Source: an uncultured Aquiluna sp.
GTDB taxonomy: Bacteria; Actinomycetota; Actinomycetes; Actinomycetales; Microbacteriaceae
Direction: 5' to 3'
Assembly (NCBI GenBank): GCA_913775595.1
Contig: CAJYLB010000001.1
Location: 496,001 to 560,000 of the forward strand
Length of the DNA: 64,000 nt
Made by a program: the position numbers and the translations under genes. The first letter of the stretch is position 1. Each line of letters opens with the position of its first letter. Positions 8,309-18,362 of this stretch are shown piece by piece. The notes under the pieces were generated by a model that was not told the origin of the DNA, made no database searches, and worked only from the letters and a program-made list of their open reading frames with translations.

Positions 8309-10533
8309 GCGCTCTTTACCCGATAAACGTCATAGACGTTGTCGATTCTTCGAACCTGATTCAATAGGTGATCGAGATGCGAGGGGTCTGCCATCTCAAA
8401 GACGAACTTTGAAATCGCCACCCTGTCCCGTCCCGTAGTGACCGATGCGCTCAAAATGTTGACATGGGACTCGGTTAGTACTCGCGTCACATCAGACAAA
8501 AGCCCTGATCGGTCAAGGGCCTCTACCTGAATTTGTACCATGAAGACACCACGTGCCTCATCGGCCCAGGAAACCTCAACGATCCGCTCTTGCACAAGGC
8601 TTTTGACGTTCTTGCAGTCGACGCGGTGAACGGACACCCCTTCGCCTCGCGTGATAAATCCAGTTATGTCGTCTCCCGGCACAGGAGTGCAGCAACGTGC
8701 CATCTTGGTCATAACATCGGGGGAACCTTTGACCAAGACACCCTGATTATCGTTCCTAGGACCTCGCAAAGAACGCGGAACCTGCACCGGAATCTCTTCA
8801 GTGTCTGGGTCTGGGCTTATCCCCTGAAGCAGCTTTAGTCGCTCGATAACCGTCGAGGTCGACAGCTGCCCCTGGCCTATGGCACTCAACAGAGCGCCTG
8901 AATCGGCGAGCTTTTGCTCCTCTGCAACCTCATTAAGTAGGTCGTTGTTCATAAGCGACTGGACCGGCAGTGATGCTCTTCTCAGCGCCTTCGCGAGAAG
9001 CTCCCGACCCTCTTCGCTTGCAAGCTCTCTCCGCTCCTGAGTGAAGTGATGCTTTATCTTGGCTCTTGCTCTGGGTGAGGCAACGAAATTCAGCCAGTCC
9101 TTGCTCGGCCCCGCGGTCTCAGACTTTGAGGTGAGCACCTCAATGACATCCCCTGCTTGCAATTTTGTTTCAAGGGGAACAAGCCGCCCATTTACTTTTG
9201 CACCAATGGTCTTATGTCCCACTTCGGTGTGAACCGCGTATGCAAAGTCGACTGGAGTGGAACCTGCGCTGAGCCCAACCACCTTGCCCTTTGGCGTGAA
9301 GACATAGAGCTCTTTTGCGCCAATTTCGAACCTGAGGTTATCTAGGAACTCCCCCGGATCTGCGGTTTCCTCTTGCCAGTCGCTGAGTTGCTTCAGCCAT
9401 GCAAAGTCCACCTCTTTGTCTCCGGTCTTTCCCGATGACTGCTTGTACTTCCAGTGAGCTGCGACACCATACTCAGCTCTCTGATGCATCTCCTGAGTTC
9501 TTATCTGTATCTCTACGCTCCGGCCTTCGGGCCCCACTACGGTCGTGTGCAGCGACTGATACAGATTGAACTTTGGCATCGCGATGTAGTCCTTAAACCT
9601 GCCAGGCAGCGGAGACCACCTTGCGTGAATGGCACCCAGGGCCGCATAGCAGTCCCTAACGGTTGGGACAATGACCCTGATGCCGACCAGGTCGTAGATG
9701 TCATCGAACTCTCTGCCTCGGAGCACCATCTTTTGATAAATCGAGTAGTACTGCTTAGGCCGGCCGTCGATTCGCCCCTTTACCCTTGCGCCGCGAAGTT
9801 CTGCGTCGATCTCCTCGATTACCTTGTCCGTGTAATCAGAGCGAGAGGGATTGCGCTGACCAACAAGCGAAACGATTTCCTCGTAGACCTTTGGATAAAG
9901 CACTGCAAAGCTGATGTCCTCAAGCTCCACCTTCATTGTTGAAATACCTAGGCGGTGAGCGAGGGGAGCATAGATTTCGAGCGTTTCTTGAGCTTTGCGT
10001 TTTGCAGACTCAGGGGAAACAAACCCCCATGTTCTAGCGTTATGTAGCCTGTCTGCCAGTTTGATCACGAGTACTCGCACGTCCCTGCTCATGGCTACGA
10101 CCATCTTTCGCATGGTCTCCGCCTGAGCGGTGTCACCAAACTTCATCTTGTCGAGCTTTGTCACACCATCTACAAGTAGAGCAACCTCTTCCCCGTATTC
10201 GCCCCTCAGTTGCTCAAGTGAGTAGTCGGTGTCCTCAACAGTGTCGTGAAGCAGAGCAGCTGCGATTGTCGCCGGTCCACTGCCGAGATCGGCAAGAATT
10301 CGCGCAACAGCTAGGGGGTGAGTTATGTAATCCTCTCCAGACTTACGCTTCTGTCCCTGGTGGTAGTGCTCAGCCGTTCTATATGCGCGCTCGACAATTT
10401 GGTAATCGGATCTCGGGTGGTTGACCCTAACCGTTCGAATAAGTTCGTTGAGCTCATTGGAGAGCAGGCCCGTTGAGCGGGTAAAAATTCTGGGCAGCCT
10501 GGAGCGAAGAGAGCTTGCGAGGCTATCTGACAT
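8305..10533 (-). CDS. relA: Bifunctional (p)ppGpp synthetase/hydrolase Rel
   Basis: HD hydrolase motif LLHDTVED, KLADRLHN, RFKDY, YQSLHT, EIQIRT, then TGS, CC and ACT domains; AAGGAG SD. Confidence 0.97.
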   Translation of the reverse strand: MSDSLASSLRSRLPRIFTRSTGLLSNELNELIRTVRVNHPRSDYQIVERAYRTAEHYHQGQKRKSGEDYITHPLAVARILADLGSGPATIAAALLHDTVEDTDYSLEQLRGEYGEEVALLVDGVTKLDKMKFGDTAQAETMRKMVVAMSRDVRVLVIKLADRLHNARTWGFVSPESAKRKAQETLEIYAPLAHRLGISTMKVELEDISFAVLYPKVYEEIVSLVGQRNPSRSDYTDKVIEEIDAELRGARVKGRIDGRPKQYYSIYQKMVLRGREFDDIYDLVGIRVIVPTVRDCYAALGAIHARWSPLPGRFKDYIAMPKFNLYQSLHTTVVGPEGRSVEIQIRTQEMHQRAEYGVAAHWKYKQSSGKTGDKEVDFAWLKQLSDWQEETADPGEFLDNLRFEIGAKELYVFTPKGKVVGLSAGSTPVDFAYAVHTEVGHKTIGAKVNGRLVPLETKLQAGDVIEVLTSKSETAGPSKDWLNFVASPRARAKIKHHFTQERRELASEEGRELLAKALRRASLPVQSLMNNDLLNEVAEEQKLADSGALLSAIGQGQLSTSTVIERLKLLQGISPDPDTEEIPVQVPRSLRGPRNDNQGVLVKGSPDVMTKMARCCTPVPGDDITGFITRGEGVSVHRVDCKNVKSLVQERIVEVSWADEARGVFMVQIQVEALDRSGLLSDVTRVLTESHVNILSASVTTGRDRVAISKFVFEMADPSHLDHLLNQVRRIDNVYDVYRVKSA

Positions 10534-10562
10534 CTCTCACTCCTTACTAGGTAGTGAGAATT

Positions 10563-11537
10563 CTATTGGCGCCCGGCCAAAACCCTCTCGGAAGCTTCCT
10601 TGAGCTCCTTCTCGCCGGAGCGCAAGTGGGCATAAATCGGGGCTGCTAGGAAGATTGACGAGTAAGTTCCAACAATCGTTCCAACGAACAAAGCGAGCGC
10701 AATGTCCCTCAGGGTTCCAGCTCCCAGTATTAGCGATCCGATAAAGAGAATTGAGCCGACCGGCAATACAGCAACTACAGAAGTGTTTATAGACCTCACC
10801 AAGGTTTGATTGACCGCAAGGTTCACCATCTCGCCAAAGGTTCTGGTGTCGGAGAGCTCGATTTCAAGTGTGTTCTCCCTAACCTTGTCGAACACAACAA
10901 CGGTGTCATAAAGCGAATACGCAAGAATCGTTAGGAAGCCAATTACCGCAGCAGGAGTGACTTCAAAGCCAACACCGGCGTAAACACCTGCCGTCAGCAC
11001 CAAATCGTGTGCAAGCGCTAGCAGCGCAGCAACCGACATCTTCCAAGACCGGAAGTAGAACGCCATCAGCAAGGAGACGAGCAAGAGGAAGACCCCGAGC
11101 CCAATCAGTGCCTGCCGTGTTACATCAGCACCCCAGTTTGGTCCTACGAAGCTGGAGGCAACCTCAGCAGGGTCAACACCAAAAGCTTCAGCTAGCGCGA
11201 GCCTAACCTCCTCAGACTCAACGTCCTCAAGTTGTTCGGTCTGAACTCTTAGGTCGCTAAAGCCAACGGCCGCCACATTTACCTGAACCCCAGGAACTAT
11301 CTCATTGACTGTCTCTGCGGCTAGCGCCTGAGGTAGTTCTTGAGAGTTATTGACACGGAACTCACTACCGCCGCGGAACTCAATGCCAAAGTTGAAACCT
11401 CCCCGAACAAAGGGAAGGGCAACGGCAAGGATGACTGCCACGGCAGCAATCGCATACCAAAGATTCTTTTTTCCAACGAAGTCGAACGACCGCTCACCAG
11501 AGTAAAGCTGGTTTCCGAGTTTTCTGAATTTACTCAT
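10563..11537 (-). CDS. secF: Protein translocase subunit SecF
   Basis: GIEFRGG, VGPNWG, YSLYDTVVVFDKVRE, QTLVRSINTS; start ATG 11537 (the ORF-track extension overlaps secD). Confidence 0.95.
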   Translation of the reverse strand: MSKFRKLGNQLYSGERSFDFVGKKNLWYAIAAVAVILAVALPFVRGGFNFGIEFRGGSEFRVNNSQELPQALAAETVNEIVPGVQVNVAAVGFSDLRVQTEQLEDVESEEVRLALAEAFGVDPAEVASSFVGPNWGADVTRQALIGLGVFLLLVSLLMAFYFRSWKMSVAALLALAHDLVLTAGVYAGVGFEVTPAAVIGFLTILAYSLYDTVVVFDKVRENTLEIELSDTRTFGEMVNLAVNQTLVRSINTSVVAVLPVGSILFIGSLILGAGTLRDIALALFVGTIVGTYSSIFLAAPIYAHLRSGEKELKEASERVLAGRQ

Positions 11538-13215
11538 CGCCGTCCTCCAATGCCTGACGAGCCTTGCGTTCGGCGATGGTCTGCCTACGTTGTGCCTCTT
11601 TCGAAGACTTCTTGACCTTGTCGGCCGAAACTTCAGCTGCAACCCTGAACTCTCCCCGACCACGATAAGAAGCCTTTGCAGCACTTAGGTCGAATCCTGA
11701 GAAGCGGTGGCCCGAGGCAAAGAACTTGTTTCTCGCCAGCAGCTGAACTACCGGATGGGTAAAGAGCGTGACGATCAGAAGATCAATCAATGTCGTGAGC
11801 CCCAAAGTAAATGCGAAGCCACGCACCGAGGAGGAGGTCAATAGGTAAAGCACAACGGCGGCCGTAAAGCTAACCGCGTCAGACACGAGGATCGTTCTGA
11901 ATGCCCTCTTCCATCCGGCCTCAACCGCAATCTCGAGGCTTCTGCCGTCTCTAAGCTCGTCTCGGATACGTTCGAAGTAAACAATGAACGAGTCGGCGGT
12001 GATGCCAATCGCAACAATAAGACCCGCTACACCAGCAAGTGAAAGCCTGTAACCCTGCCTCCAGGACAGGAATGCAATGAACAGATAGACAAGGAGCGCG
12101 GCAATTATGAGAGAGCCGAGAACAACGCTGGCAAGCCCGCGGTATTGGAATGCCATGTAGATCATGACGAAGATCAGACCGATCAAACCTGCGATGAGGC
12201 CGGAACGGAGGGATTCGTCACCTAAGGTGGCTGAGATGTTCTCCTGCGACTGAACCTCAAAGCCAATTGGTAGCGCACCGTACTTCAGCTGATCAGCCAG
12301 TACCGTAGCGCTTTCTTGCGTGAAGCTGCCGGTTATCTGTGCTTGACCATTTGTAATCACGGCATTTGTTGACGGGGCAGTGATAACTAGACCATCTAGC
12401 GTAATTGCGAACTGATTCTGTGGGCTTGGGAGTCCGAATAGACGTGACGTTACAGCTCCAAATGAGTTAGTACCCTCGGCATCAAACTCAAGATTGACCG
12501 CCCAGGTGTTGGTTGAGGCTCCGGTTTGCGTTGTAATTGTGCCGGCGTATGCGTCCGAGATGTTTTCGCCCCTGACTTCAACCGGTCCAAGAACGTACTT
12601 GAACCTCAAAAAATCATCACAGGTGACCAAGGGCTTCTCTGGGTCGTCAACCTGACCCGGCGTTCTGAATTGGCTGGAGCAGTCAAATTGCTCAAACTCC
12701 GCGAGAACTCTCTCTGTTAACCAGGCAGTATCAGATGCATTCACGGGCTGGGTCGAAGGCTCGTCACTGAGCGATTCGAGGTCCACCGGCTCCGCATTCT
12801 CAGCAAGAGGAATTGAATCCGAGTAGGTAATTACCGGCCTGAATTCGAGTAGAGCGCTTGCCTTGATCAGCTGGAGTGTGTTCGCATCGGGCGTTCCGGG
12901 GATGGCGACGACAATGTTCTCATTGCCTTGAATCGTTACCTGGGCTTCACCAACACCCGAACCATCAATTCTCTGGCGGATGATGGAAACAGCCTGGTTG
13001 AGCTGCTCTAGCGATGCCTGCTGTCCGTCTGCGATTGAAGGGGTAAGGATCAGCTGCGTGCCACCCTGGAGATCAAGCGCCAATTCCGGCGCCCAGCTGG
13101 CGCCGGGTTGAGCGGTTACTGTCCCCCAGGTAATGAGTGCGACAAAAAATGCAGCTATACCGGTTATCCAGGAAATTCTGCGACGGGCTGACCTGGCGGT
13201 CGTATTTTCAGCCAA
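11530..13215 (-). CDS. secD: Protein translocase subunit SecD
   Basis: LALDLQGG, RQRIDGSGV, LKYGALP, GITADSFIVYFERIRDE. Confidence 0.96.
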   Translation of the reverse strand: MAENTTARSARRRISWITGIAAFFVALITWGTVTAQPGASWAPELALDLQGGTQLILTPSIADGQQASLEQLNQAVSIIRQRIDGSGVGEAQVTIQGNENIVVAIPGTPDANTLQLIKASALLEFRPVITYSDSIPLAENAEPVDLESLSDEPSTQPVNASDTAWLTERVLAEFEQFDCSSQFRTPGQVDDPEKPLVTCDDFLRFKYVLGPVEVRGENISDAYAGTITTQTGASTNTWAVNLEFDAEGTNSFGAVTSRLFGLPSPQNQFAITLDGLVITAPSTNAVITNGQAQITGSFTQESATVLADQLKYGALPIGFEVQSQENISATLGDESLRSGLIAGLIGLIFVMIYMAFQYRGLASVVLGSLIIAALLVYLFIAFLSWRQGYRLSLAGVAGLIVAIGITADSFIVYFERIRDELRDGRSLEIAVEAGWKRAFRTILVSDAVSFTAAVVLYLLTSSSVRGFAFTLGLTTLIDLLIVTLFTHPVVQLLARNKFFASGHRFSGFDLSAAKASYRGRGEFRVAAEVSADKVKKSSKEAQRRQTIAERKARQALEDGDE

Positions 13216-13218
13216 CTA

Positions 13219-13473
13219 TTACTTCTCCTCAGCGGGGATAACTTTTCCCACCGCACCACGAAGCACTCTGAGCTTCGTGCCTTTCACGGATTCAATCTCA
13301 AGCTCTTCCTCAGAAACCGTAAGAACCTTACCCATGATGCCGGCATGCAGGACTACTTGAGATCCAACCTCTAGAGAGGACTGCATTGCCTCCACTTCCT
13401 TCTTACGACGTCGATTCTGCGTCACGAGGAAGACGATCATTAGAGCTAGAACAGCTAAAAGTAGAGCGTCCAA
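13219..13473 (-). CDS. yajC: Preprotein translocase subunit YajC
   Basis: 84 aa; N-terminal TM helix, SLEVGSQVVLHAGIMGKV; directly upstream of secD. Confidence 0.9.
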   Translation of the reverse strand: MDALLLAVLALMIVFLVTQNRRRKKEVEAMQSSLEVGSQVVLHAGIMGKVLTVSEEELEIESVKGTKLRVLRGAVGKVIPAEEK

Positions 13474-13503
13474 AGATTTTCCTTACCGAGATAGTCCCCC
13501 GAA

Positions 13504-13509
13504 ATTATA
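13504..13509 (-). promoter_or_regulatory. -10 element for yajC-secDF
   Basis: Perfect TATAAT on the minus strand about 30 nt upstream of yajC, with an AAGGA SD between. Confidence 0.55.
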
Positions 13510-13532
13510 GGCGTTTCTGTCCCTGCGTGGGG

Positions 13533-14501
13533 CTAGGCACCCAGGTGGGCGATGCCCGCTGGTGTAATTTCCCGCCCGCGCGGCGTCCGCTGGATGAAAC
13601 CGATGCGAATCAAGTAGGGCTCAATTACAGCTTCTATTGTGTCTGGCTCCTCGCCTATTGCCACCGCAAGAGTTGATAGGCCTACAGGCTTCGAATTGAA
13701 CTTGGTGGCCAGCAGCGTGAGTAGCTGGTTATCGACTCTGTCAAGGCCAGCCTGATCGACGCCGAAGAGCTCCATTGCCTCATCCACAACGGCCTCGGTT
13801 ATCAGGGAATGCTCTCCAACCGACGCAAAGTCACGGGTCCTTCGCAAAAGACGGTTGGCCACTCTAGGAGTTCCGCGGGATCTTCGTGCAAGCTCATCCC
13901 TCGCCTCCGGAACAATCTGAACACCTAATCGAGCCGCGCTGTTTTGAATAACAACAGAGAGCTCCTCTGCGTCGTAGTACTCAAGAAATGCAGTAAATCC
14001 GAAGCGATCACGAAGTGGGTTCGGGAGCATTCCGCTTCGGGTAGTAGCCCCAACAAGAGTAAACGGAGCTATGTCGAGAGAAATAGAAGAGGCGCCTGGC
14101 CCTTTCCCGACCATAACGTCTACTCGAAAGTCCTCCATGGCCAGGTAGAGCATCTCTTCGGCTGATCTCGACAAGCGATGGATTTCGTCGATAAACAGGA
14201 CATCTGAGGGTTCAAGGGCGGAGAGAATCGAAGCCAAATCGCCTGCCGACTGAATTGCGGGTCCACTCGATAGCTTCAAGGTTCGTTCTGCCTCCGCGGC
14301 GACAATCATGGCAAGTGTCGTCTTACCTAGACCGGGAGGCCCAGCAAGCAAGATGTGATCCGCACTTCGATTGTCTTTCTTGGCAGCGGCAATTACTAGC
14401 GAGAGCTGCTCGACGACTCTGGATTGACCGACGAATTCGCTGAGGTCTTTAGGTCTTAGTGCTGCTTCCAGCTCCAACTCTTCGTGGCTGAGGTCGCTCA
14501 T
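13533..14501 (-). CDS. ruvB: Holliday junction branch migration helicase RuvB
   Basis: [47 protein letters not shown]. Confidence 0.98.
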   Translation of the reverse strand: MSDLSHEELELEAALRPKDLSEFVGQSRVVEQLSLVIAAAKKDNRSADHILLAGPPGLGKTTLAMIVAAEAERTLKLSSGPAIQSAGDLASILSALEPSDVLFIDEIHRLSRSAEEMLYLAMEDFRVDVMVGKGPGASSISLDIAPFTLVGATTRSGMLPNPLRDRFGFTAFLEYYDAEELSVVIQNSAARLGVQIVPEARDELARRSRGTPRVANRLLRRTRDFASVGEHSLITEAVVDEAMELFGVDQAGLDRVDNQLLTLLATKFNSKPVGLSTLAVAIGEEPDTIEAVIEPYLIRIGFIQRTPRGREITPAGIAHLGA

Positions 14502-15061
14502 TTGAGCTTTGCCTTGCCTAATAATGCCAGGGCAGAGCGCAGGGCCTCAGACTCCCCCAAGGTTGAATCGACTTCTGCCAAAACTGACTTTGCCTGAGAC
14601 TCATCTGTCCCGAGTTGGATAAGCGCCTGCAAGACCCGCTCACGCTCGGGGTTTGCAGAACTAAGACCCACTTTTCCACCTAGTGAGATAAGGATTAGTT
14701 TTGCCGTCTTAGGTCCAATTCCCGGAATTGCTCTGAAAGCCGCCTCGTCTTGATTGTTTACGGCATTAGCGATTGCTGCTGCATCCATTCCGGCAAGGGC
14801 CGTCATTGCAAGCCTGGGGCCGATGCCGCTGACCGAACACAGCAGATCAAACTGCTCGCGTTCCTGGACCGACTGAAAGCCGAAGAGGCTGAGCTCGTCC
14901 TCCCTGACCACAAGCCGAGTTTCAATTTTTGCGTCATCTCCTGCGCGGAGCTTGAGAATGTGACGAGGGGTGAGGTGAACCTGTAGACCGATCCCTCCAA
15001 CCTCCAGCACACATGAGTCGACACCTAACGAAGCCACTTTGCCGGAGAGAGTTGAAATCAC
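14498..15061 (-). CDS. ruvA: Holliday junction branch migration protein RuvA
   Basis: [11 protein letters not shown]; HhH motifs VSGIGPR and IPGIGPKTA. Confidence 0.95.
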   Translation of the reverse strand: MISTLSGKVASLGVDSCVLEVGGIGLQVHLTPRHILKLRAGDDAKIETRLVVREDELSLFGFQSVQEREQFDLLCSVSGIGPRLAMTALAGMDAAAIANAVNNQDEAAFRAIPGIGPKTAKLILISLGGKVGLSSANPERERVLQALIQLGTDESQAKSVLAEVDSTLGESEALRSALALLGKAKLK

Positions 15062-15065
15062 AGGG

Positions 15066-15593
15066 CTAACCTAATTGCCCACGCGCCGCTTTGCTGGCTG
15101 CGACCCACTTACGCTGGGCAGCCGTAGTGGCAAAGGAAGAGCGCTTTTGGGCACACAGCGCAACTGCAAGTGCGTCTGCCACATCGGGTGCCTTTGGTAG
15201 GGAATCGATTTTCAGGATTGACTTAACCATGAGCGACACCTGCTCTTTGTTCGCTCGGCCGTTGCCTGTCACAGCTGCCTTTACCTCACTCGGGGTAAAG
15301 AACTCTACGGGGATGTCTCGCTTGTGGGCGGCCGCCATAAGGGCGCCAGATATTTGCGCCACGCCCATAACCGAGCGGAGGTTCGCTTGTGCGAAGACCC
15401 TCTCCAATGCGATGAGCTGGGGCTTATGGCGGTCTAACAGCGCTTCTAGCTGGGTCGCAATTGTTCCAACTCTTGTGGCTGGATCTTCGGTGCTTGCCGT
15501 CTGGATTAGTCCAAAGTCGGTGGCATTGTCTAAATCCAGTAACCCATAGCCGCACCTAGTGAGTCCGGGATCTACACCAAGGATTTTTGCCAT
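15066..15593 (-). CDS. ruvC: Crossover junction endodeoxyribonuclease RuvC
   Basis: ILGVDPGLTRCGYG, ALERVF, VKAAVTGNGRANKEQV, DVADALAVA. Confidence 0.97.
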   Translation of the reverse strand: MAKILGVDPGLTRCGYGLLDLDNATDFGLIQTASTEDPATRVGTIATQLEALLDRHKPQLIALERVFAQANLRSVMGVAQISGALMAAAHKRDIPVEFFTPSEVKAAVTGNGRANKEQVSLMVKSILKIDSLPKAPDVADALAVALCAQKRSSFATTAAQRKWVAASKAARGQLG

Positions 15594-16342
15594 CAGTCAG
15601 CTAGCTGGCTTAGAACCTCGTTTGAGACATCCATGTTGGTATACACCTCTTGAACGTCATCGAGATCCTCTAGGCTCTCTACGAGACGCACGATCTTGCC
15701 AGCGGTGTCAGCATTCGCCTCAACCTTTATTGAAGAGACAAATTCAACATCGGCAGATTCGTAATCCAACCCGGCATCTTGAAGGGCCTGGCGAACAGGC
15801 ACCAAGGAACTCGCCTCACAGGTTAATACCAACGAGTCCGCTCCCTGCTCGATGTCCTCGATGTTGTGCTCAATTGTTGCCTCAAGAACAGAGTCCTCTG
15901 AGGCTTCGCTAGCAAGCACAATGACGCCCTTACGTGAGAACTGGTAGCTAACCGAGCCTGGGTCCGCGAGGTTACCTCCGCCCTTGGTGAAGGCAAGGCG
16001 CACCTCTGCCGCAGCGCGGTTTTTGTTGTCGGTGAGGCACTCAATGAGAATCGCTACCCCGCCAGGGCCATAGCCCTCGTAGAGGATGTTCTGGTAGTCA
16101 ACCGCGTCTCCCAGAGCACCTGATCCGCGTTTTACAGCACGGTCAATGTTGTCCCCAGGGACTGAGCTCTTTTTTGCTTTGTAGATAGCGTCGTACAGAG
16201 TTGGGTTTCCATCAGGGTCAGGGCCTCCGGTCCTCGCCGCAACCTCAATGTTACGGATCAACTTTGCCCACAGCTTCGCCCTCTTGGCGTCGTTAGCTGC
16301 CTTTTTGTGTTTCGTGGTTGCCCACTTGGAATGTCCTGACAT
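15593..16342 (-). CDS. YebC/PmpR family protein
   Basis: [41 protein letters not shown]. Confidence 0.96.
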   Translation of the reverse strand: MSGHSKWATTKHKKAANDAKRAKLWAKLIRNIEVAARTGGPDPDGNPTLYDAIYKAKKSSVPGDNIDRAVKRGSGALGDAVDYQNILYEGYGPGGVAILIECLTDNKNRAAAEVRLAFTKGGGNLADPGSVSYQFSRKGVIVLASEASEDSVLEATIEHNIEDIEQGADSLVLTCEASSLVPVRQALQDAGLDYESADVEFVSSIKVEANADTAGKIVRLVESLEDLDDVQEVYTNMDVSNEVLSQLAD

Positions 16343-16361
16343 GGTTACCTAAATTACATCC

Positions 16362-16925
16362 TCAATTGCTCTGAACGGCGCTTAGAAACCGTCTGTGGAG
16401 TTCTTTTGCACCGGTGAGTTCGGGATGGAACGTTGCACCAAATAGCTTTCCATCGCGAACAGCAACGGGCTCACCCTCGTAAGTTGCTATCACTTCACAC
16501 TCCCCCACGTCCAGAATTCTTGGGGCTCGGATAAAGGCAACTCTCTCGCTGGAATCCCCGAACTCGACCTCAGCCTCAAAGCTGTGTGTCTGGCCTCCGT
16601 AGGCATTTCTTTCGACAGCTACAGCCAGGCCACCTATCAACTGCTGATCTTCGAGCTTGCCAACGACTTCATCACTCAGCAGAATCAGCCCGGCACACGT
16701 GCCCAGTACTGGCCTCTCTCTGACGAACTTTCTTACCGGCTCCAGCAACTCATAGTTCACGAGCAGCTTTGAAATGGTTGTACTCTCTCCACCTGGAATT
16801 ACAAGTCCAGTGCAGCTAGCTAACTCTTCTTGACTGCGAACAGGCGTGGCACTTTCGCCCAGGTCGCTGAGTATCGCTAGATGTTCCCTTACATCTCCCT
16901 GAAGAGCTAGAACCCCAACTGGCAA
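16362..16925 (-). CDS. pdxT: Pyridoxal 5'-phosphate synthase glutaminase subunit
   Basis: GVLALQGDVREH, PGGESTT, GTCAG, FIRAP, FHPE. Confidence 0.96.
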   Translation of the reverse strand: MPVGVLALQGDVREHLAILSDLGESATPVRSQEELASCTGLVIPGGESTTISKLLVNYELLEPVRKFVRERPVLGTCAGLILLSDEVVGKLEDQQLIGGLAVAVERNAYGGQTHSFEAEVEFGDSSERVAFIRAPRILDVGECEVIATYEGEPVAVRDGKLFGATFHPELTGAKELHRRFLSAVQSN

Positions 16926-17819
16926 TTACCAGCCACGCTCCGCAAGGCGGTGCGGCGCAGGAAGGTCTGCGACGTTGATGCCGACCATTGCCTCGCCAAG
17001 GCCCCGAGATGCATCCGCTACCTTCTTGGCATCCGAGTAGTAAGTAGTTGCCTTGACGATGGCCTTGGCCCGCTCGGATGGATTACCCGACTTGAAGATT
17101 CCACTACCAACAAAGACGCCGTCGGCCCCGAGCTGCATCATCAAGGCTGCATCCGCCGGAGTCGCAATTCCTCCGGCAACGAACATCACCACTGGAAGCT
17201 TGCCTGTCTCAGCGACCTCCTTCACCAGCGGGTATGGCGCTTGGAGTTCTTTCGCTGCGACGTAAAGCTCGTCTGGGCTCTTCGCTGCAAGCGCTGCGAT
17301 CTCTCCCCTGATGGTTCGAATGTGCTTCATGGCCTCGGAGACGTCCCCAGTGCCAGCCTCACCCTTAGAGCGAATCATGGCTGCTCCCTCGGTGACTCGG
17401 CGAAGTGCTTCGCCCAAATTGGTCGCTCCACAGACAAACGGCACGTTGAACTGCCACTTGTCGATGTGGTTCACGTAGTCCGCCGGGGACAAAACCTCAG
17501 ATTCATCGATGTAGTCCACCTCTAGGGCTTCAAGAATCTGCGCCTCGACAAAGTGACCGATACGAGCCTTGGCCATTACGGGTATCGATACCGTTTCTAT
17601 GATCTGCTCAATCAGGTCCGGGTCACTCATTCGAGCAACCCCACCCTCTGCGCGTATGTCGGCTGGGACTCTCTCAAGTGCCATGACTGCAACGGCGCCG
17701 GCGTCCTCGGCTATTTTCGCCTGCTCGGGTGTTACGACATCCATGATTACGCCGCCCTTGAGCATCTCTGCCAGGCCGCGCTTAACTAGGTCAGTACCTT
17801 CGTTCTTGTTCTGGGACAT
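16926..17819 (-). CDS. pdxS: Pyridoxal 5'-phosphate synthase lyase subunit
   Basis: [43 protein letters not shown]. Confidence 0.98.
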   Translation of the reverse strand: MSQNKNEGTDLVKRGLAEMLKGGVIMDVVTPEQAKIAEDAGAVAVMALERVPADIRAEGGVARMSDPDLIEQIIETVSIPVMAKARIGHFVEAQILEALEVDYIDESEVLSPADYVNHIDKWQFNVPFVCGATNLGEALRRVTEGAAMIRSKGEAGTGDVSEAMKHIRTIRGEIAALAAKSPDELYVAAKELQAPYPLVKEVAETGKLPVVMFVAGGIATPADAALMMQLGADGVFVGSGIFKSGNPSERAKAIVKATTYYSDAKKVADASRGLGEAMVGINVADLPAPHRLAERGW

Positions 17820-17828
17820 TCGATAATC

Positions 17829-18362
17829 CTAAGCTTCGCTGACCCAGTTATTAGCAATTGTTTCTCTAACCTCACCTAGCAACCTGGGCATTGCTTTGGT
17901 TTGGGCGACGATTGGGAAAAAGTTGGAGTCATTTCGCCAACGCGGAACTATGTGTTGGTGAAGGTGTGAGGCGATGCCGGCTCCAGCAACCTCTCCCTGA
18001 TTCATCCCGATATTAAACCCATGTGTGCCACTCACATTCCTAAGAGTCACCATTGCCTGCTGCGTAAGCAAAGCCATCTCTGCAACCTCATCTGCAGTTG
18101 CTAGGTCGTAGGTGTCCACGTGGCGGTATGGGCATACGAGCATATGGCCGGGGTTGTATGGAAAAAGATTAAGCAGCACGAAGCAGGTATCACCTTTTTT
18201 GACAACAAGCCCGTCCTCGGGGTCCTTGTCTGGCGCGGCGCAAAAGGGGCAGTCCTCATCGGCAGGCTGCTGCAATTCCTGGAGATAGACCAGTCTGTGC
18301 GGTGTCCACAGTCGCTCAAAACCATCCTGCATCCCACCAAAGTTGTCCAAGGGATCGGCCAT
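17829..18362 (-). CDS. HIT family hydrolase (Ap4A phosphorylase-like)
   Basis: LWTPHR, CPFC, NLFPYNPGH, HLHQH triad variant; downstream of thrS. Confidence 0.9.
   Translation of the reverse strand: MADPLDNFGGMQDGFERLWTPHRLVYLQELQQPADEDCPFCAAPDKDPEDGLVVKKGDTCFVLLNLFPYNPGHMLVCPYRHVDTYDLATADEVAEMALLTQQAMVTLRNVSGTHGFNIGMNQGEVAGAGIASHLHQHIVPRWRNDSNFFPIVAQTKAMPRLLGEVRETIANNWVSEA

Noticed and set aside
11538..11684. ORF-track N-terminal extensions of secF (likewise rpsD, rarA, PPIase, thrS, sepH, pepA)
   Set aside because: They overlap neighbouring genes or promoter elements; downstream starts have SD or leaderless -10 support.
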